NCBI GenBank assembly: GCA_050273025.1
Contig: CP158635.1
Location: 29,264,001-29,328,000 of the forward strand
Origin: Cenococcum geophilum
Taxonomy: Eukaryota
Direction of reading: 5' to 3'
Length of the DNA: 64,000 nucleotides
Positions within the stretch are counted from its first letter, which is position 1. Every line of letters begins with the position of its first letter. This document shows, one piece after another, positions 37,085 through 50,017 of the stretch. The position numbers and the translations under genes were made by a program. The notes under the pieces were generated by a model that was given only the letters and a program-made list of their open reading frames with translations, was not told the origin of the DNA and made no database searches.

Positions 37085-38913
37085 TGCTCGGCTGAGCGCC
37101 CGCTTAGTCGCTGAGCCGCACGTGACACATACAACCCCCGTCGACATTCGCGGATATCCACAGCCAAGCCTGCAGCCAAGCCGTGGACATCTTCGAATGT
37201 CTTTACCCCTACTAATCGAGTCACTAATGCGCGCGTACTATTGGCCTATTGGCCCAGCCGTGCGCCCGTTTATTTACCCTATACGGTAAAATCACTTATC
37301 CGGTAGGTATGCTTTCTCTACCTCTCCTCCCTAGTCTATATCTACGTATATAGGAAAATAGGAACCCCCCCTTAGGGCGCAGCTTCTCTAGTAGCGTCCT
37401 ATATATCTTAAAAATACTATTAATTAGTTGCGTAAAGATTAACGTTATAAATAATGCTAAACTATGCGCTAACGCGTAGAGTATTTTTACCCTTACGCGT
37501 TTTAAAAGACCTAAAAATATATCTCTAAATTATAAGCTAAAGCAGAAAGAGTTTAAGGTAAATAGGTAGGTACTTTATAAAGTAGTATACTTATAACTAA
37601 CGCGTATCTTCCTAGGCCTTTTATAAGCGGAAGTAATACTATAACGGTAATACCGTTATAGAAAAAAAGCTACTTCTTTTCCTTATTAAGGAGATTATAG
37701 GCCGGCCACTAAAAGTAAAAAGCCGTAAGGCTAGTAATAACGTGCCTTAGGATAAGACGCGGCTCTCCTAGCGCTTAGTTTATAGCTATATTATTACCCT
37801 AATAGACCTTTACCGGACGTAAAAGGGTATAGGAATAAATCGCCACTAGTTCTTACGGGAGGATAACATTAGGGATTACCTAAAGGTTTTATAACGGAGG
37901 GACGCGTAGTAAGAAAAGGAGTAGTTTATAAATAAGGGTAGGGATATACTACTTAACGGATATATAAAGGATAAGTTTAAGAGCGTTTGCCGCAAGCTAT
38001 AGGCCTATAAAAACTCTTTACTAAAATGCTACCTCTACACGCTTATAGATATCCTACTAGGCCACTATATACTTACCTACAGCAGTAATAGGTGCTCCGC
38101 CAAGATCTTAGACCTATTTACCTTTAAGTTTAAGGGGAAAGGTCCTACACGCTATATACCCCTAATATTTACTATACGCACTAGTAAGTAGAACTAGCAT
38201 AACCGCCTTAAAACTATTAGAGCTCTATATAATAAGAAGCCGCTTATCTATATACTTAGCGGGCTAGCTAGCAGAATAAGCTCTAATAATACTCCCTACG
38301 GCTTAAGGTTATTAAGGAGATTAGGTGGGTTATATAGGCCTAAAGGGTTAGTAAGGAAGCGGCTATATAGTAAGTTAATTAATAGTAGGAGCGGATATAG
38401 TGCTCGCTAAATTAGCTTTATAAACGGCTTTAAGCGGGTAAAAAAGCTTTAAAATAGTATATATATCTAACTTCTAAGGAGTCCTCTTAAAGCCTTTATT
38501 TATAGCCCCTTAGGGGCTTATTTTAGTGCGGTATAGGTTTAGTAGGGTACTTATATAATAGCGGCGCCTAATCTAAAATATAAATATCGCTATTAACCTA
38601 TAGCTAATTCTTGCCATCCTAATGCAAGCAGAGAGCCCTTAGATAGCTCTACGTATACTACTTAATAGGTATTAAGGGCGCGACGTTACTATAGCGTTGC
38701 TGGTAATTAAAGATCGACTATAAATATAGGGTAATATCTATATAGCGCTAAGCGTATAGGCCTCCTACCTACTAAATTGTAACTTAGCGGCTAATTTAGC
38801 CATATAAATTAAACCATAGACATACTATTAATGTGCACAACTAGCTTTACCCCCCCTTTAGTAAGCTCTAAATTTTTAAATTCGCTACGCGTATCTAATC
38901 TTACTTAGTTGCT
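37085..38913 (+). mobile_element. CryptonF DNA transposon copy 1, internally deleted
   Basis: Inverted copy of 39344-43675. RPKN..KQKEF, an intron (~37558-37614), then DKGRD.LL.GY and EGPTR(C). It jumps at ~38270 from the recombinase domain to the GCR1_C end. Confidence 0.88.
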
Positions 38914-38929
38914 ACTAACTATATATATA

Positions 38930-39068
38930 AGGGGGTACTACAAATGGGGTAGACGCCCTTCCTGCTAGTATGTTTTCAAAATAAGCGAGCCCTTACAAAA
39001 TGGTTGGGCTGTATTATTCTGCTAGCATACTAGCAGGGAGGGCGTCTGCCCCGTACATGTTACCCCCT
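38930..39068. mobile_element. Tc1/mariner-type MITE
   Basis: TIRs AGGGGGTA...TACCCCCT, extending imperfectly to ~45 bp. TA on both sides. Related copy at 43696-43822. Confidence 0.8.
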
Positions 39069-41779
39069 TATAGTAATTGTAGCGAAGCCATATACTTAGC
39101 TGCAAGAACCTTCGCGATCCCGCAGTCGTAATCTTCATTAAATATCGTGAGGTTTCCACCCGTATAATACTGCCAAATTTTATTAACCACTCTGCAAAGA
39201 CAGCGTTGTATTCGCGTTTTGGCGGCTATAAGGGAGGCATAGTTACAGGGAAAAGAGGGAGAAGAGGAAGCGTACGTCTTTAATTTAGTTCTCCTAGCCA
39301 ACCAAAGCGATTCTCCAGAGCAACTAACAAGGTCCTTACGCGTAGCCACAAGCGAGACTAGATGCGCGTACTGAATTTAAAATTTCGCAGCGCTTACTAA
39401 AGGAGGGGTGAAGCTGGTCGTGCACATTAATAGTATATCCACGGTTCAATTTATATAGCTAAATTAGCTACTAAGTCACAATTTAGCAGGTAGGAGGCCC
39501 GTGCGCTTAGCGCTATATAGATATTACCCTATATCTACGGTTAATCTTTAATCGCTAGTAACGCCGCAGCAACGTTACGCCCTTAATACCCGTTGAGCGG
39601 TATATATAGAGCTGTTTAAGGGCTCTCTACTTACACTAGGATAGCAAAAATTAGCTATAGGTTAATAGAGATATTTGCGTTTTAGATTAGGCGCCGCTAT
39701 TATATAAGTACCCTACTAAACTTATACCGCACTAAAATAAGCCCCTAAGGGGCTATAGATAAAGGCTTTAAGAGGACTCCTTAGAAGTTAGATATATATA
39801 CTATTTTAAAGCTTTTTTACCTACTTAAAGCCGTTTATAAAGCTAATTTAGTAAGCACTATATCCGCTCCTGCTATTAATTAACCTACTATATAGCCGCT
39901 TCCTTACTAACCCTTTAGGCCTATATAACCTACCTAATCTCCTTAATAACCTTAAGCTGTAAAAAGTATTATTAGAGCTTATTTTACTGGCTAGCCTGCT
40001 ATCTACTACCCTATTTAGAATCTAGTACTACTATAGAAGAATTACCTTTAAGCCCTTTAGTCTACTCGCGCTAAAGGGCCTATATAGACTTTACTGTATA
40101 GTATATATATATACAGGCGGCTGCTTAGGCGGCTACTTAGGCTTAGGCCCTTACTACGGCTATAGCTATAGCTATAGCTATAGCGGCGCTAGTAAAGGGG
40201 AAGCTATAGCGCTTACCCGGGCCAATATATCTTAGCTTAATTCCGTAATAGATAAAGGCGCTAATAGATATACCGTCGGTAAACGTACTATTAGTAGGTA
40301 TACTGTTAGATATAAATATATAAATACTAAAGGGACCTTAAGCTAAAAGGTAAGGCTGCTAGACGTAAGTAATTAAAGCTATAAAAACTGCGCCTACTAG
40401 GACTTAGCTATACGGTTAAATAACGCCTATAGCTTACGTGCTTAGGTATCTATAGTCTTTAGACAGTCCGTAATAGCTAGTACGGCCTAGTAGAGTATTA
40501 ATAGCTAGCTAGAGCCTTTTTCCTCCTACTATAGGTAGGCTTTAACCTTTTATATAAAGGGTAGATAGGCCTTATACTAAAAGACCGGGTGGTTTTATAT
40601 AGGGCTGCTTAGGAACATCTTATAGAGGACTACTAAGTCCTATAGAATAACCTCCTAGAGATAAAATAGGAGGTTTATAGCGCCTATAGCTGTAAGGTTA
40701 TTAACCTAGCCGACCTAAGGGCTAAACTAACCCTTCTAGACGTCTAGCTCTGGCTAGATCGTCGACAGTAGTATATTAGGGGGGGTAATACTTGCCCTAC
40801 GAATCTTAAAGCAGCCTATTTACGGTAAATGGCCGGCCATTGTCTATATAAACTTCCGCGGTAGTAAGTTTAAGTAATAGCTAACTATCTACTCCTAATT
40901 TTACCTACTAGCGTATCTAATCTAGTCCTTACTAACCCCTTTTAGCTCCGCTGTTTTAGCGCTAGCGCTTCGCCTAATATAGGTCTTCTTTTATAAAAAG
41001 ACGCTAATAGCCTAAAATACCTTAGTAACCTACTCCTACTATGAGTTATATAAGAAGGCTGTCTTATAGTCCCTAGCGCTACTTTTAATTAGGCGGATAT
41101 TATACCATACTAACCGCTTACTAAAGTCTGGAAATAGCTTATTACTAAGGTCCTAGTAGTATAGGAGGTAGAAAGCTAGCCTATTAAGTATATAGATAAG
41201 CGGCTTCTTATTATATAGAGCTCTAATAGTCTTAAGGCGGCTATACTAGTTCTACTTACTAGCGTATATAGTAAATATTAGGGGCATATAGCGTGTAGGA
41301 CCTTCCCCCTTAAACTTAAAGGTAAATAGGTCTAAGATCTTAGCGAAGTACCTATTACCGCCGCGGATAAGTATATAGTAGCCTAGTAGGATATCTATAA
41401 GCGTGCGGAGGTAGCATTTTAGTAAAAAGTCTTTGCGAGCCTATAGCTTACGGCAAATGCTTTTAAACTTGTCCTCTATATATCTATTAAGCAGTATATC
41501 CCTACCCTTATCTACAAACTACTCCTTTTCCTACTACGCATCCCTCCGTTATAGAACCTTTAGGTAATCCCTAATATTATCCTCCTGCGGGGACTAGTAG
41601 CTATTTATCCCTATACCCTTTTACATCTAGTAAAAGTCTATTAGGATAGTAATATAACTGTAAACTAAGCGCTAAGAGAGCCGCGTCTTATCCTAGGGCA
41701 CGTTATTACTAGCCTTACGGCTTTTTACTTTTAGTGGCTAGCCTATAACCTCCTTAATAAGGAAAAGAAGTAGCTTCTC

Positions 41780-42276
41780 CATCAGGAAATTTTTTTTGGG
41801 GCTTGTTGTTGCGGTTTGCGGCAGGTGGATATAGTTGATAGCAATTTGCGCAAAACGCACGTTTTGCAACAAGTTTGCAGCACCCTAACAGCAATTTGCG
41901 CGTTTTATAACAAATTTACAGCACCTAATAGCAAATTACGGTAAAATGCTACCCTATAAATAAATAGTACGCAAACTATATGAATTATACAAATTATAAA
42001 AACTGTATAAATTGTATAAATTGTATAAATTATACAAATTGTACAAATTATACGAATTGTAAAAACTGTATAAATTGTAACTATATAAATTATAATTATA
42101 TTATATAATAACCAAATTATTACATATTTCCATAGATTTCTGTAGTATACTTTTAAATATATTTATATTATAACTATATAAAATATAGAGCTATCTACTT
42201 TAGGCGTTAAGGGGAAGCCTCTCGCGGAGGCTCTAAATTATCTGCCTACCTACCTGCCTGCCTGCCTGCCTGCCTA

Positions 42277-42315
<39 letters not shown>

Positions 42316-43094
42316 ACTTGCCTACCTACCTACCTACCTGTCTGTCTGTCTATACCTACCCATCTATACCTACCTATCTATGCCTACCTGTCTATGTCAC
42401 CTTAATTCGATCGATCGATCGAATCGTTTATCGTGTTCGCTGGCTGGTCGTTCGAACGGTTGTCGTGTGGCTCTGGCGACGGTCGTGTGGCGATGACGAC
42501 GGTCGTCTGGCTCTGACGGTCGTCTAGCTCTGGCGACGGTCGTCTGGCTCCGGCGACGGTCGTCTGCTGGCTGTCGTTCTGGTGTCTTCCTAGGTAGGGA
42601 GGATATAAGGAAGGGTAAAAAATGAGGTGGCTACCTAGGTGTATATAGGGGGTATACTTAGCAGAGGCACGTGTAGAGGCTATCGGGAATATAGCGGGGA
42701 CCCGATAGTAGTGTGTCGCGCGCACACACACAAAGGCTTTGTGTAGAGCTTCGTGTAGAGCCTCCGTATGCAGAGCTTCGCGTAGAGCCTCGTGTAGAGC
42801 TTCGCGCAGAGCCTCGTGCAGAGCCTCTATATTAGGAAATTTTTTTTTAGGCATATTATTGCAAGCGAAAATTGGGGTCTGCAAAACCTGCGTAAGTCGC
42901 AATTTTGGTAATTTATGGCGATTTGCAGCAATTTGCTATAAACACATAGATAAGGCAGGCGCGTGCATAGGTAGCCTATGTGTTTATAGCAAATTGCTGT
43001 AAATCGCCGCAAATTGCCAAATTTGCAACTTACGCAGGTTTTGCAGACCCCGATTTTCGTTTGCAATAACATGCCCAAAAAAAAAATCCTAATG
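41780..43094. mobile_element. 1315-bp non-autonomous TIR element (CACTA/CMC-like), composite with an internal foldback MITE
   Basis: Termini CATCAGG...CCTAATG. A 2-bp TC TSD is inferred by comparison with the empty site in Crypton copy 1. Dense subterminal repeats (gcaatttgc, aaattgtat). 42830-43094 is itself a near-perfect 265-bp palindrome. Confidence 0.8.
42243..42828. repeat. Simple/tandem repeats within the TIR element
   Basis: (TGCC/TACC)n at ~42243-42390. ~20-bp ggctctggcgacggtcgtct units at ~42469-42570. 12-bp gyagagcytcgy units at ~42740-42828. Confidence 0.85.
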
Positions 43095-43695
43095 TCTTCT
43101 ATAACAGTATCGCTGTTATAGTACTACTTCCGCTTATAAAAGGCCTAGGAAGATACGCGTTAGTTATAAATATACTACTCTATAAAGTACCTACCTACTT
43201 ACCTTAAACTCTTTCTACTTTAGCTTATAATTTAAAAACGTGTTTTTAGGTCTCTTAAAATATATAAAGGTAAAAATACTCTACGCGTTAGCGCGTAGTT
43301 TAGCATTATTTACGACATTAATCTTTATATAACTAATTAACGGCATTTTTAAGATATGTAGGACGCTGCTAGAGAAGCTACGCCCTAAGGGGGGGTTCCT
43401 ATTTTCCTATATACGCAGATATAAACCAGGGAGGAGAGGTAGAGAAAGCATACCTATTAGATAAGTAATCTTACCGTATAGGGTAAATAAATAGGCATAC
43501 GGCTAGGCCAATAGGCTAATAGTACGCGCGCATTAGCGACTTAATTAGTAGGGGTAAAGACATTCGAAGATGTCCACGGCTTAGCTATAGGCTCGGCCGT
43601 GGACATCCGCAAATGTTAATGGGAGTTATATATATTATATACGGCTCAGCAACTAAGCGGGCGCTTAGCCGAGCCGTAAACACTACTGTAGTATA

Positions 43696-43822
43696 AGGGA
43701 GTAATATAAATAGGTTAGACGCCCTACTAGTAGTATAGTATATAAAATAACCTAGTCCTACTATATTACTTTAGACTCGCTTATTTCTTAAAAGGGGTCT
43801 AACCCATTTACGTTACCCCCCT
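43696..43822. mobile_element. Tc1/mariner-type MITE, same family as 38930-39068, opposite orientation
   Basis: AGGGAGTA...TACCCCCCT termini with TA flanks. The internal aataagcgag motif is inverted relative to the first copy. Confidence 0.75.
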
Positions 43823-44266
43823 TATGCAGCGGCTTCTCGTTCCCGATAGCAATTTTATAAAACCGACGTCGCTATTCATTGTGTCATATAGGCTTTAAAC
43901 CCTAACTTCTTCCAAAACATATATTTACGGTTTCTTAATAAACTGCCTCAGCCGTCGTTTCTTTAAGCTTACATCTTAATCGGGCATTACCTTTTTCCTA
44001 AACCACCTCCATTACCTTTTCTAAGCCATTTTAATTTCCATTTCTACTACCAGGAATTCCCTTTTACCTATACTCTTACTTTTATAGCGATTAGCCGCTT
44101 AGCTTATAACCTTAACGGAGAAGGAAGATAGTACTAACGTTAAGTCGGGCCGCGGGCCTCCCTTAGCCCTTATTAAAAGCTAGTCTAGGGTTAAGGTTAG
44201 CCTCCTATTCCTTTTTAATAAACCATTCTAACAGTTTCAAGGCCTTATTATCCCAAAAATATAATA

Positions 44267-45557
44267 TGTTACAGTACATGCTAACTGTTAAGGTACGATG
44301 TACGAGGTGACTGTATATAATTGACAAACGATGTCGTGTGAGGATCTATATAGGAGGTAAGGCGGTATATATACACGTCGCTTAGGGGTTAGGTCTGTGC
44401 TCATATTATAACAATACTAAGTTATAATAACGTGTCAGGTCAGTGCCGTAATAGTATATCCCCCTTCTAAGGCGAGCTTCTATGAGCTAAGTAACGGCAG
44501 TAAAAATACAGAAGTAAAAAAATAGACCATATATATCCTCATCCTTCCAGTCCTTAAAGGTTCTCGTCCTTCCAGTCCTTAAAGGTCCTCGTCCTTACAG
44601 TCCTTAGACCCTCCTACCTATATCCCTACTACATCGCTCTCCGCTAGTACTCGTCTCAAGCGCTAAATAAAGCCGAAGGCGAAGGGGTAAAACAGAGGAG
44701 ACAAAAAAAAATGTAACCGCGGGGCGTATTGCGGATATTAACTCTCAAAAGGCTCGAAGTTGCGGAGATTAAGGTTAAGGTATAGATTTAACAGGCTCGG
44801 AGTATAGAGATTAAGGTTACGGTATAGATTCGAAAGGCTCAGAGTACGGAGATTGAGGTTAAGACGTAGATTCTTGTCGCGGTAAACTTAAAGTACTATC
44901 TATGCGAATTTAAAGATGGAGACGAAGACGGAGACGAGATCGTAAGCTATAGTCTTACACTGTAATCAAGACACGAGGAATATAGGCCGCAGGGTGACCT
45001 CCCTATAGCCGACTTAGAAACTTAGGACGTAAAGCAGTAGCATAGCTAGATACGGAGACTCGGAGACTAAGAAGAGGAACTATAGCCCGCAGGGTGTCTC
45101 CCTACTACCGGCCTAGGAAACTCAGAGACTGAGAAGAGAAACTATAGCCCGTAGGGTGTCTCCCTGCTACCAGCTTAGAAACTCGAAGAGGAGACGAAGA
45201 GATTAGTTCTTAAATAGATACAGAGACTTTACTAGGTTGGCGTTAACGTGGAACGGGGGTAAGAATCCCGCCCGGGGTAGGGTCGTAGCTTTGAAACGGA
45301 GCTTTAGAACGGAGCTTTAGAACGGTGGAAAAAAAGCACTACCAGGGGCGTATAAGATGACACAACATACTGTCACAGTACGTGCCGACTGTTAAGGTAC
45401 GATGTACGAGGTAACTGTATATAATTGACAAACGATATCGTGTAAGGATCTATGTAGGAGGTGAGGCGGTATATATACACGTCGCTCAGGGGTTAGGTCT
45501 GTACTCGTGTCATAACAACACTAAGTCATAACAACGTGTTAGGTCAGTGCCGTGACA
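44267..45557 (-). mobile_element. TRIM-like miniature non-autonomous LTR retroelement (1.29 kb)
   Basis: 187-bp LTRs at 44267-44453 and 45371-45557. TSD TAATA. Minus-strand PPT (gaaggggg) next to the left LTR. The interior has tandem repeats and no pol. Confidence 0.9.
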
Positions 45558-45562
45558 TAATA

Positions 45563-47239
45563 ATAGGAGTACAATAGGTCCGGAACCAAAGAAGATCCCT
45601 ATATAGTAAATTAGATCAACAATAATATAAGAAACTATATACTCTTCTCTAAGTAGGCATAAAGCACCCTCTAGAGGTAATAGGAACTATTAGTATTAAT
45701 ATTTAAAAATAGGGCAAAGAAATAGTTAATAATTATCCTTATTACTATCGCAATTTTAATGGTTATATTTATATCTCTAGTATATATAAGATTCCCTTTT
45801 ATATATAAATATATACTATAATTAATATTCTTTAAATACTAGTAGTGTAGACTAAATAATTATATAGTTTAGTATAAGCACGAAGGTTATAATATTAGAA
45901 ATGCCTTTACTTGTCCTTGGTTTTACTATTAGTAATTAAATATATATCCCTACTATTATAGATTAAGTCTAATTATATATAGGTCCTCTTCTCTAAGCAT
46001 TAATAAGTAAATTATAGGGTTATTAACTCCTTTATATTATAACTTATAGCGTACTTACTGCTTTTAATATTAGTATATCTATATTATAAAATATATAGAC
46101 TCTTATTATTTTACGATTTGTTACTAAAGTATTTAGATCTTTCCCCTTATAAATATAGGCAATGTAATAGTAGATATATTCCCTATAAAGTAGTAAGGTT
46201 TAGTAATAAGTATCTTTAGGTATATTTCTAGTACTTTTTTTAAGAATAACGTAGCTCCTTTATAGGACCGACCCTTTATCTAGTTAAAGGAGGCTTCCTT
46301 AGTAAAACTAAAGGCTAGTGATAGGTTAAAGGCCATATAGCTATTTTTACTAAAGCTCTTTAGATAGTTAGTGCTCTTCTTATTTCTAAAATCTACTTTT
46401 TAGTTCTTCTATAGAAGTATATAGTAGCCCTTTTTTTAAAAACCAAGAAAGTTTACTATAGCTATATTAACTTTAATTCCAGACCTATTACTCCTAGATA
46501 GACCTTTAAAACCATACTTTTAAGGCCTTAGGTCCTTATTATATAAGAGCTAATTATCCTCCTAATTAGTATTTTTATAGCTATTATCTATAGTACTTTC
46601 TATATAATATTTAACGCTTTACCTATTATATACTAGTAAGAACTATAAAATAAGGATATAGATAGGGAGTCTAATTAATAGAATAATAGGATATATTATA
46701 TAGATAGGCAAATCTTTTAGGGAAAAGGAGGAGTCTATATATAAGGTAAGAAAGGGTTTTCCCTAGATATATACAGAGTATATACCTTATAGGTAAGTTA
46801 TCCCTAGGTTATCCCTAGGTCGCCTATACCTTATAGCTATATAACTATCTACTTAGGTTTTGCCTAATAATGCCCTCCCCTTTAAAAAGGATTGTCCCTA
46901 ATCCTTTATATATTTAGGCCTTAATAAAACCCTATAAAAACCTTAATAAGAAAAATAAATTAAAGAGGAATATGTATCTTAATTTTACGTATAAAGAGAT
47001 AGGTAGTATATATACGTGGCGTAAAGATATTAAGGAACTTTAACCGCTGGTTAAAGTTATCTAATTAGTTAGCTTTACCTTACTAAAACCTCTCTATATT
47101 TAACCAAGCTAATAATAATTTTTTATACCTAGTATAGAAAATCCTAATTAGTCTATTTATGGCTTACTTAAATTTAGTAGACTATTAAGAATATTCTAAA
47201 AGCTTACTTATATAGGTAGGTTGCTAAAACCTTATAAAT
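45563..47239. repeat. Unassigned heavily RIPped repeat; part resembles 48990-49620 in inverted orientation
   Basis: Strong RIP signature. 'aaaaaccttaataagaaaaa' at ~46936 is mirrored at ~49100. Family not recognised. Confidence 0.35.
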
Positions 47240-48990
47240 TGTAACGGACCTTATATCGGCAGTAGTAGAACTACTAAGAAAAGACATATATAGGTTGGTT
47301 AAGATAGTATAGGAGGCGCTGGAACCGATTAAGCTATAGAATAAGGGGTAGCCAAGTTATAGGGCGAGTTACGTTATAAGTTTGGAACGTAGGAACGTAA
47401 GAATATAGGAACGCGATATACCAACGTACTAACGTACTCAGTACATTTCTTAGGCGCAGTATTATGTATTTAAAGGACCTTAGTCTCTACTTAGATAGTT
47501 CTTTTCTTTATAGTGAATTTCGGAATATAATTAGAGTTAATCTGTTAGGTAATCACTCCATTAGTTATATTTACTTTATTAACTTGACCTATACCTATAT
47601 ACCTAGCCCATTAATAAGTCCACCATAGTATTTCCTACAGGGCTTTATTACACATTTACTATCACAGTTATAGTAAAAGGAAGTTAAATAACATGCTACC
47701 TAAAGTAGTAACTATAACGCCAACTATGGTAACAACTACCTTAGGATTAGGAGGAGATACTAGTATATATAATAATAACTTATAAGTGGTTATAATAAAC
47801 TAGCTTAGAAGTATTATAGAGCAAAATAACGCTAATAATTAGGCACTACTTTAATAAGTATTAGATATAAAGAGAGAAAAGATTAAAATGCTATAGATTA
47901 AAAGGCTTATAGAAGAAAAATATAAGCTAAAGGGATTTCTTATATAAATATGAATAAAGGTACTATATAAAGGAACTAAGCTAGTAACACTAAGCAATTA
48001 AGTAGCATATATAGGGTTGTTCTTAACGGGTCAGGCACTAGAATAGTTTAAACCCTATTTTTATAGAGATATAAGCTAATAGGTTAACTACTACTAATTT
48101 AAAAGCGCGGTATATATTCTTAAGCTAGGAGGGATTTACTAGTAGGCTAATATAGATATATAGAGATCCGGAATTATTAGTAATAGCTAAAGGAAAGCTA
48201 TACCAACTTATATAAAAGAGATTAGCAATAGACTATATAACGCAGTTTCAGACACTAGCGGCATAGACTAAGTGGAATTAAGGGGCGTTAATGGCTCAGT
48301 ATAGAAGGGGACTAAAGGCTAAAGTTTAAATAACTATAATACTAATAGAAGATCCAAGCGATATAAGGAAGTTAATTAAATAAGCTATTAAAGTAAACAA
48401 CCGGCTATACTAAAGTGAAAAATTAGGTAGAATATAATAAGGACCAACATATATAAAAAAGCATAGTAAGTATCTAGGCTATAGTATAGCGCAGAGCTAA
48501 TAGACCTAAGTAGTACTAAAGAAAATAAGAATAGACGACTATAGAAACCTAAAGGGTAAGAATTAAGTAATTAAAGACCTAAGAAGCAGAGGCCGAACTA
48601 GGGATCTTATTAGCAGAAAATGTTTAGGCGGACTCTGTAGTAAGAAAAGTGGTATAAAAAGGAGCTTATATAAACTGCGGAAAATACGCTAACTATATAA
48701 TATAGGACCACTGGATTTAAAAGTATATATACTAAATATTAAGAGATAAGTCTCTTTAATTAACTAATTAATTACCTAACTATATATAAAGGCCTAACGG
48801 TAAATATAAGAGCAATATGTTAGTAATATAGGGTATTATAAAAAAGTATTATAGATTACCTCTTAGCAGTTAAAGGTAACGACGATAAGCTAAGGCCTTA
48901 TACGTTAAATCCAATACTAAAAGGTTTTATAAAACTATACTAGGAACACTAAATTACCTATAATATTTATAATTAATTATAGACTGGTAT
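47240..48990 (+). mobile_element. Truncated Ty3/Gypsy element (family E): 5' LTR and gag
   Basis: TGTAA...TTACA-bounded LTR at 47240-47652. Gag motifs KLKGFL, GLFLTGQALE(W)F, and Q(T)..A.(D)Y..QF. The 3' boundary is approximate. Confidence 0.75.
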
Positions 48991-49755
48991 AAAGGCTTAG
49001 ATATAAAGTTGTATAAAAATCTATAGGTTAGCCTAAGTAGTTACTAGTAAGCTTTTAATAGGTCTTTTAGCAATCCTTACATCTTTCCTCTAGTTATATT
49101 TTTTTCTTATTAAGGTTTTTAAGAGTTTAGAGTAAGGGTTAAATAGATAGATAATACATAGCGGTATACTAATATCTCTCTAAACCCCTTCAAGGACGAG
49201 CCCTTATAATCTCCTTACTATAAGGTAATAGTAATTAGGTGCCGACCATAAGAAGGGGGAAGGGCAATATAAGGGATATTATTATAGTTACCTTAGATTC
49301 CCCTTAGGATAATCCCTAAACGCCCTTTAGATAGTTACTAGTTACGTACTAGAGGTATATACCCGTAGTATATAGTCTTTACAATTCTAGAGGCCTTACC
49401 TCCTTAAGGATTTATCTCTTACTAATTTATCTTATTCTATAATTGTGTCCCTATAGCCCATTTATACTTTAATAGCCTAGGGAATAGTAAGTCTTTATAA
49501 ATGCCCTAAAGTTTATATAAAAGCCTATAAGGTTAGTCTAGTTACTTTCCACTAGCGGCTTTAAGGTAAATTATAGTCTTCCTAAGTTGCCTATATTAAT
49601 TAATATTATATTACTCTAGCTAGTAAGATAGCTGTTATTTAATATTATATTTATCTTGCTAAAGCCGTGTTTTAATATTAATATTATATAGTTTAGACAA
49701 TTGTAATACTTATTCTTTAACGCGAAACCTCTAACCTTCCTTATACCTAAGTTAT

Positions 49756-50017
49756 TGTAAGGCAGTATTGCTAGGGTGTATGGTAGGGAGCAGGCAAGCC
49801 GAGCATGAGTCACATAGGGAGTCGATGGAAGAGGACGATATGGTAAAGAGTAGGCAATAGCCTCGTACGGAGAGAGACGAACCGATAGGGGAGGAAGGAG
49901 GCTGCAAGCCCGAGGTGCTTATAAGGAGGTGCCAAGGGCTAGCCGAAGGCTAGCCTTGGCGACCCCTAAGAGCCTCTAGGCGATGCAGCCGAGTAAGGGA
50001 CCAAAAGTACCCTTACA
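49756..50017. mobile_element. Solo LTR (262 bp)
   Basis: TGTAAGG...CCTTACA termini with TSD GTTAT on both sides. Only lightly RIPped. Confidence 0.88.

Larger units (their letters stand above)
39344..43675 (-). mobile_element. CryptonF DNA transposon copy 2, near full-length (tyrosine recombinase/NDC10-II-like + GCR1_C), RIP-inactivated, interrupted at 41780-43094
   Basis: De-RIPped minus-strand motifs: LLLFLIEEV, DKGRDTLLDGY, DILLGHY, FEFKGEGPTRC, GKQNQHGRLE, PDFSKR..WYDIRL, KKTHIGRS..AKTAELKGV..DQIRRAGRWN..M..YL, IWPELD, and a C-terminal GCR1-like region. No TIRs. Confidence 0.9.

Noticed and set aside
33170..37085. GlnRS as cargo of a Starship or other giant element
   Set aside because: No DUF3435 captain and no matching termini or TSD around the island in this window; the nearby recombinases belong to Ngaro and Crypton elements with their own ends.
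42318..43078. ORFs of 69-166 aa including 'ALHEALREALHE' repeats
   Set aside because: They arise from tandem repeats and a palindrome inside a non-autonomous TIR element; mirror ORFs on both strands are a palindrome artefact.
44975..45190. Spaced direct repeats resembling a CRISPR array
   Set aside because: Degenerate tandem units without unique spacers, inside an LTR element in eukaryotic DNA; no cas genes.
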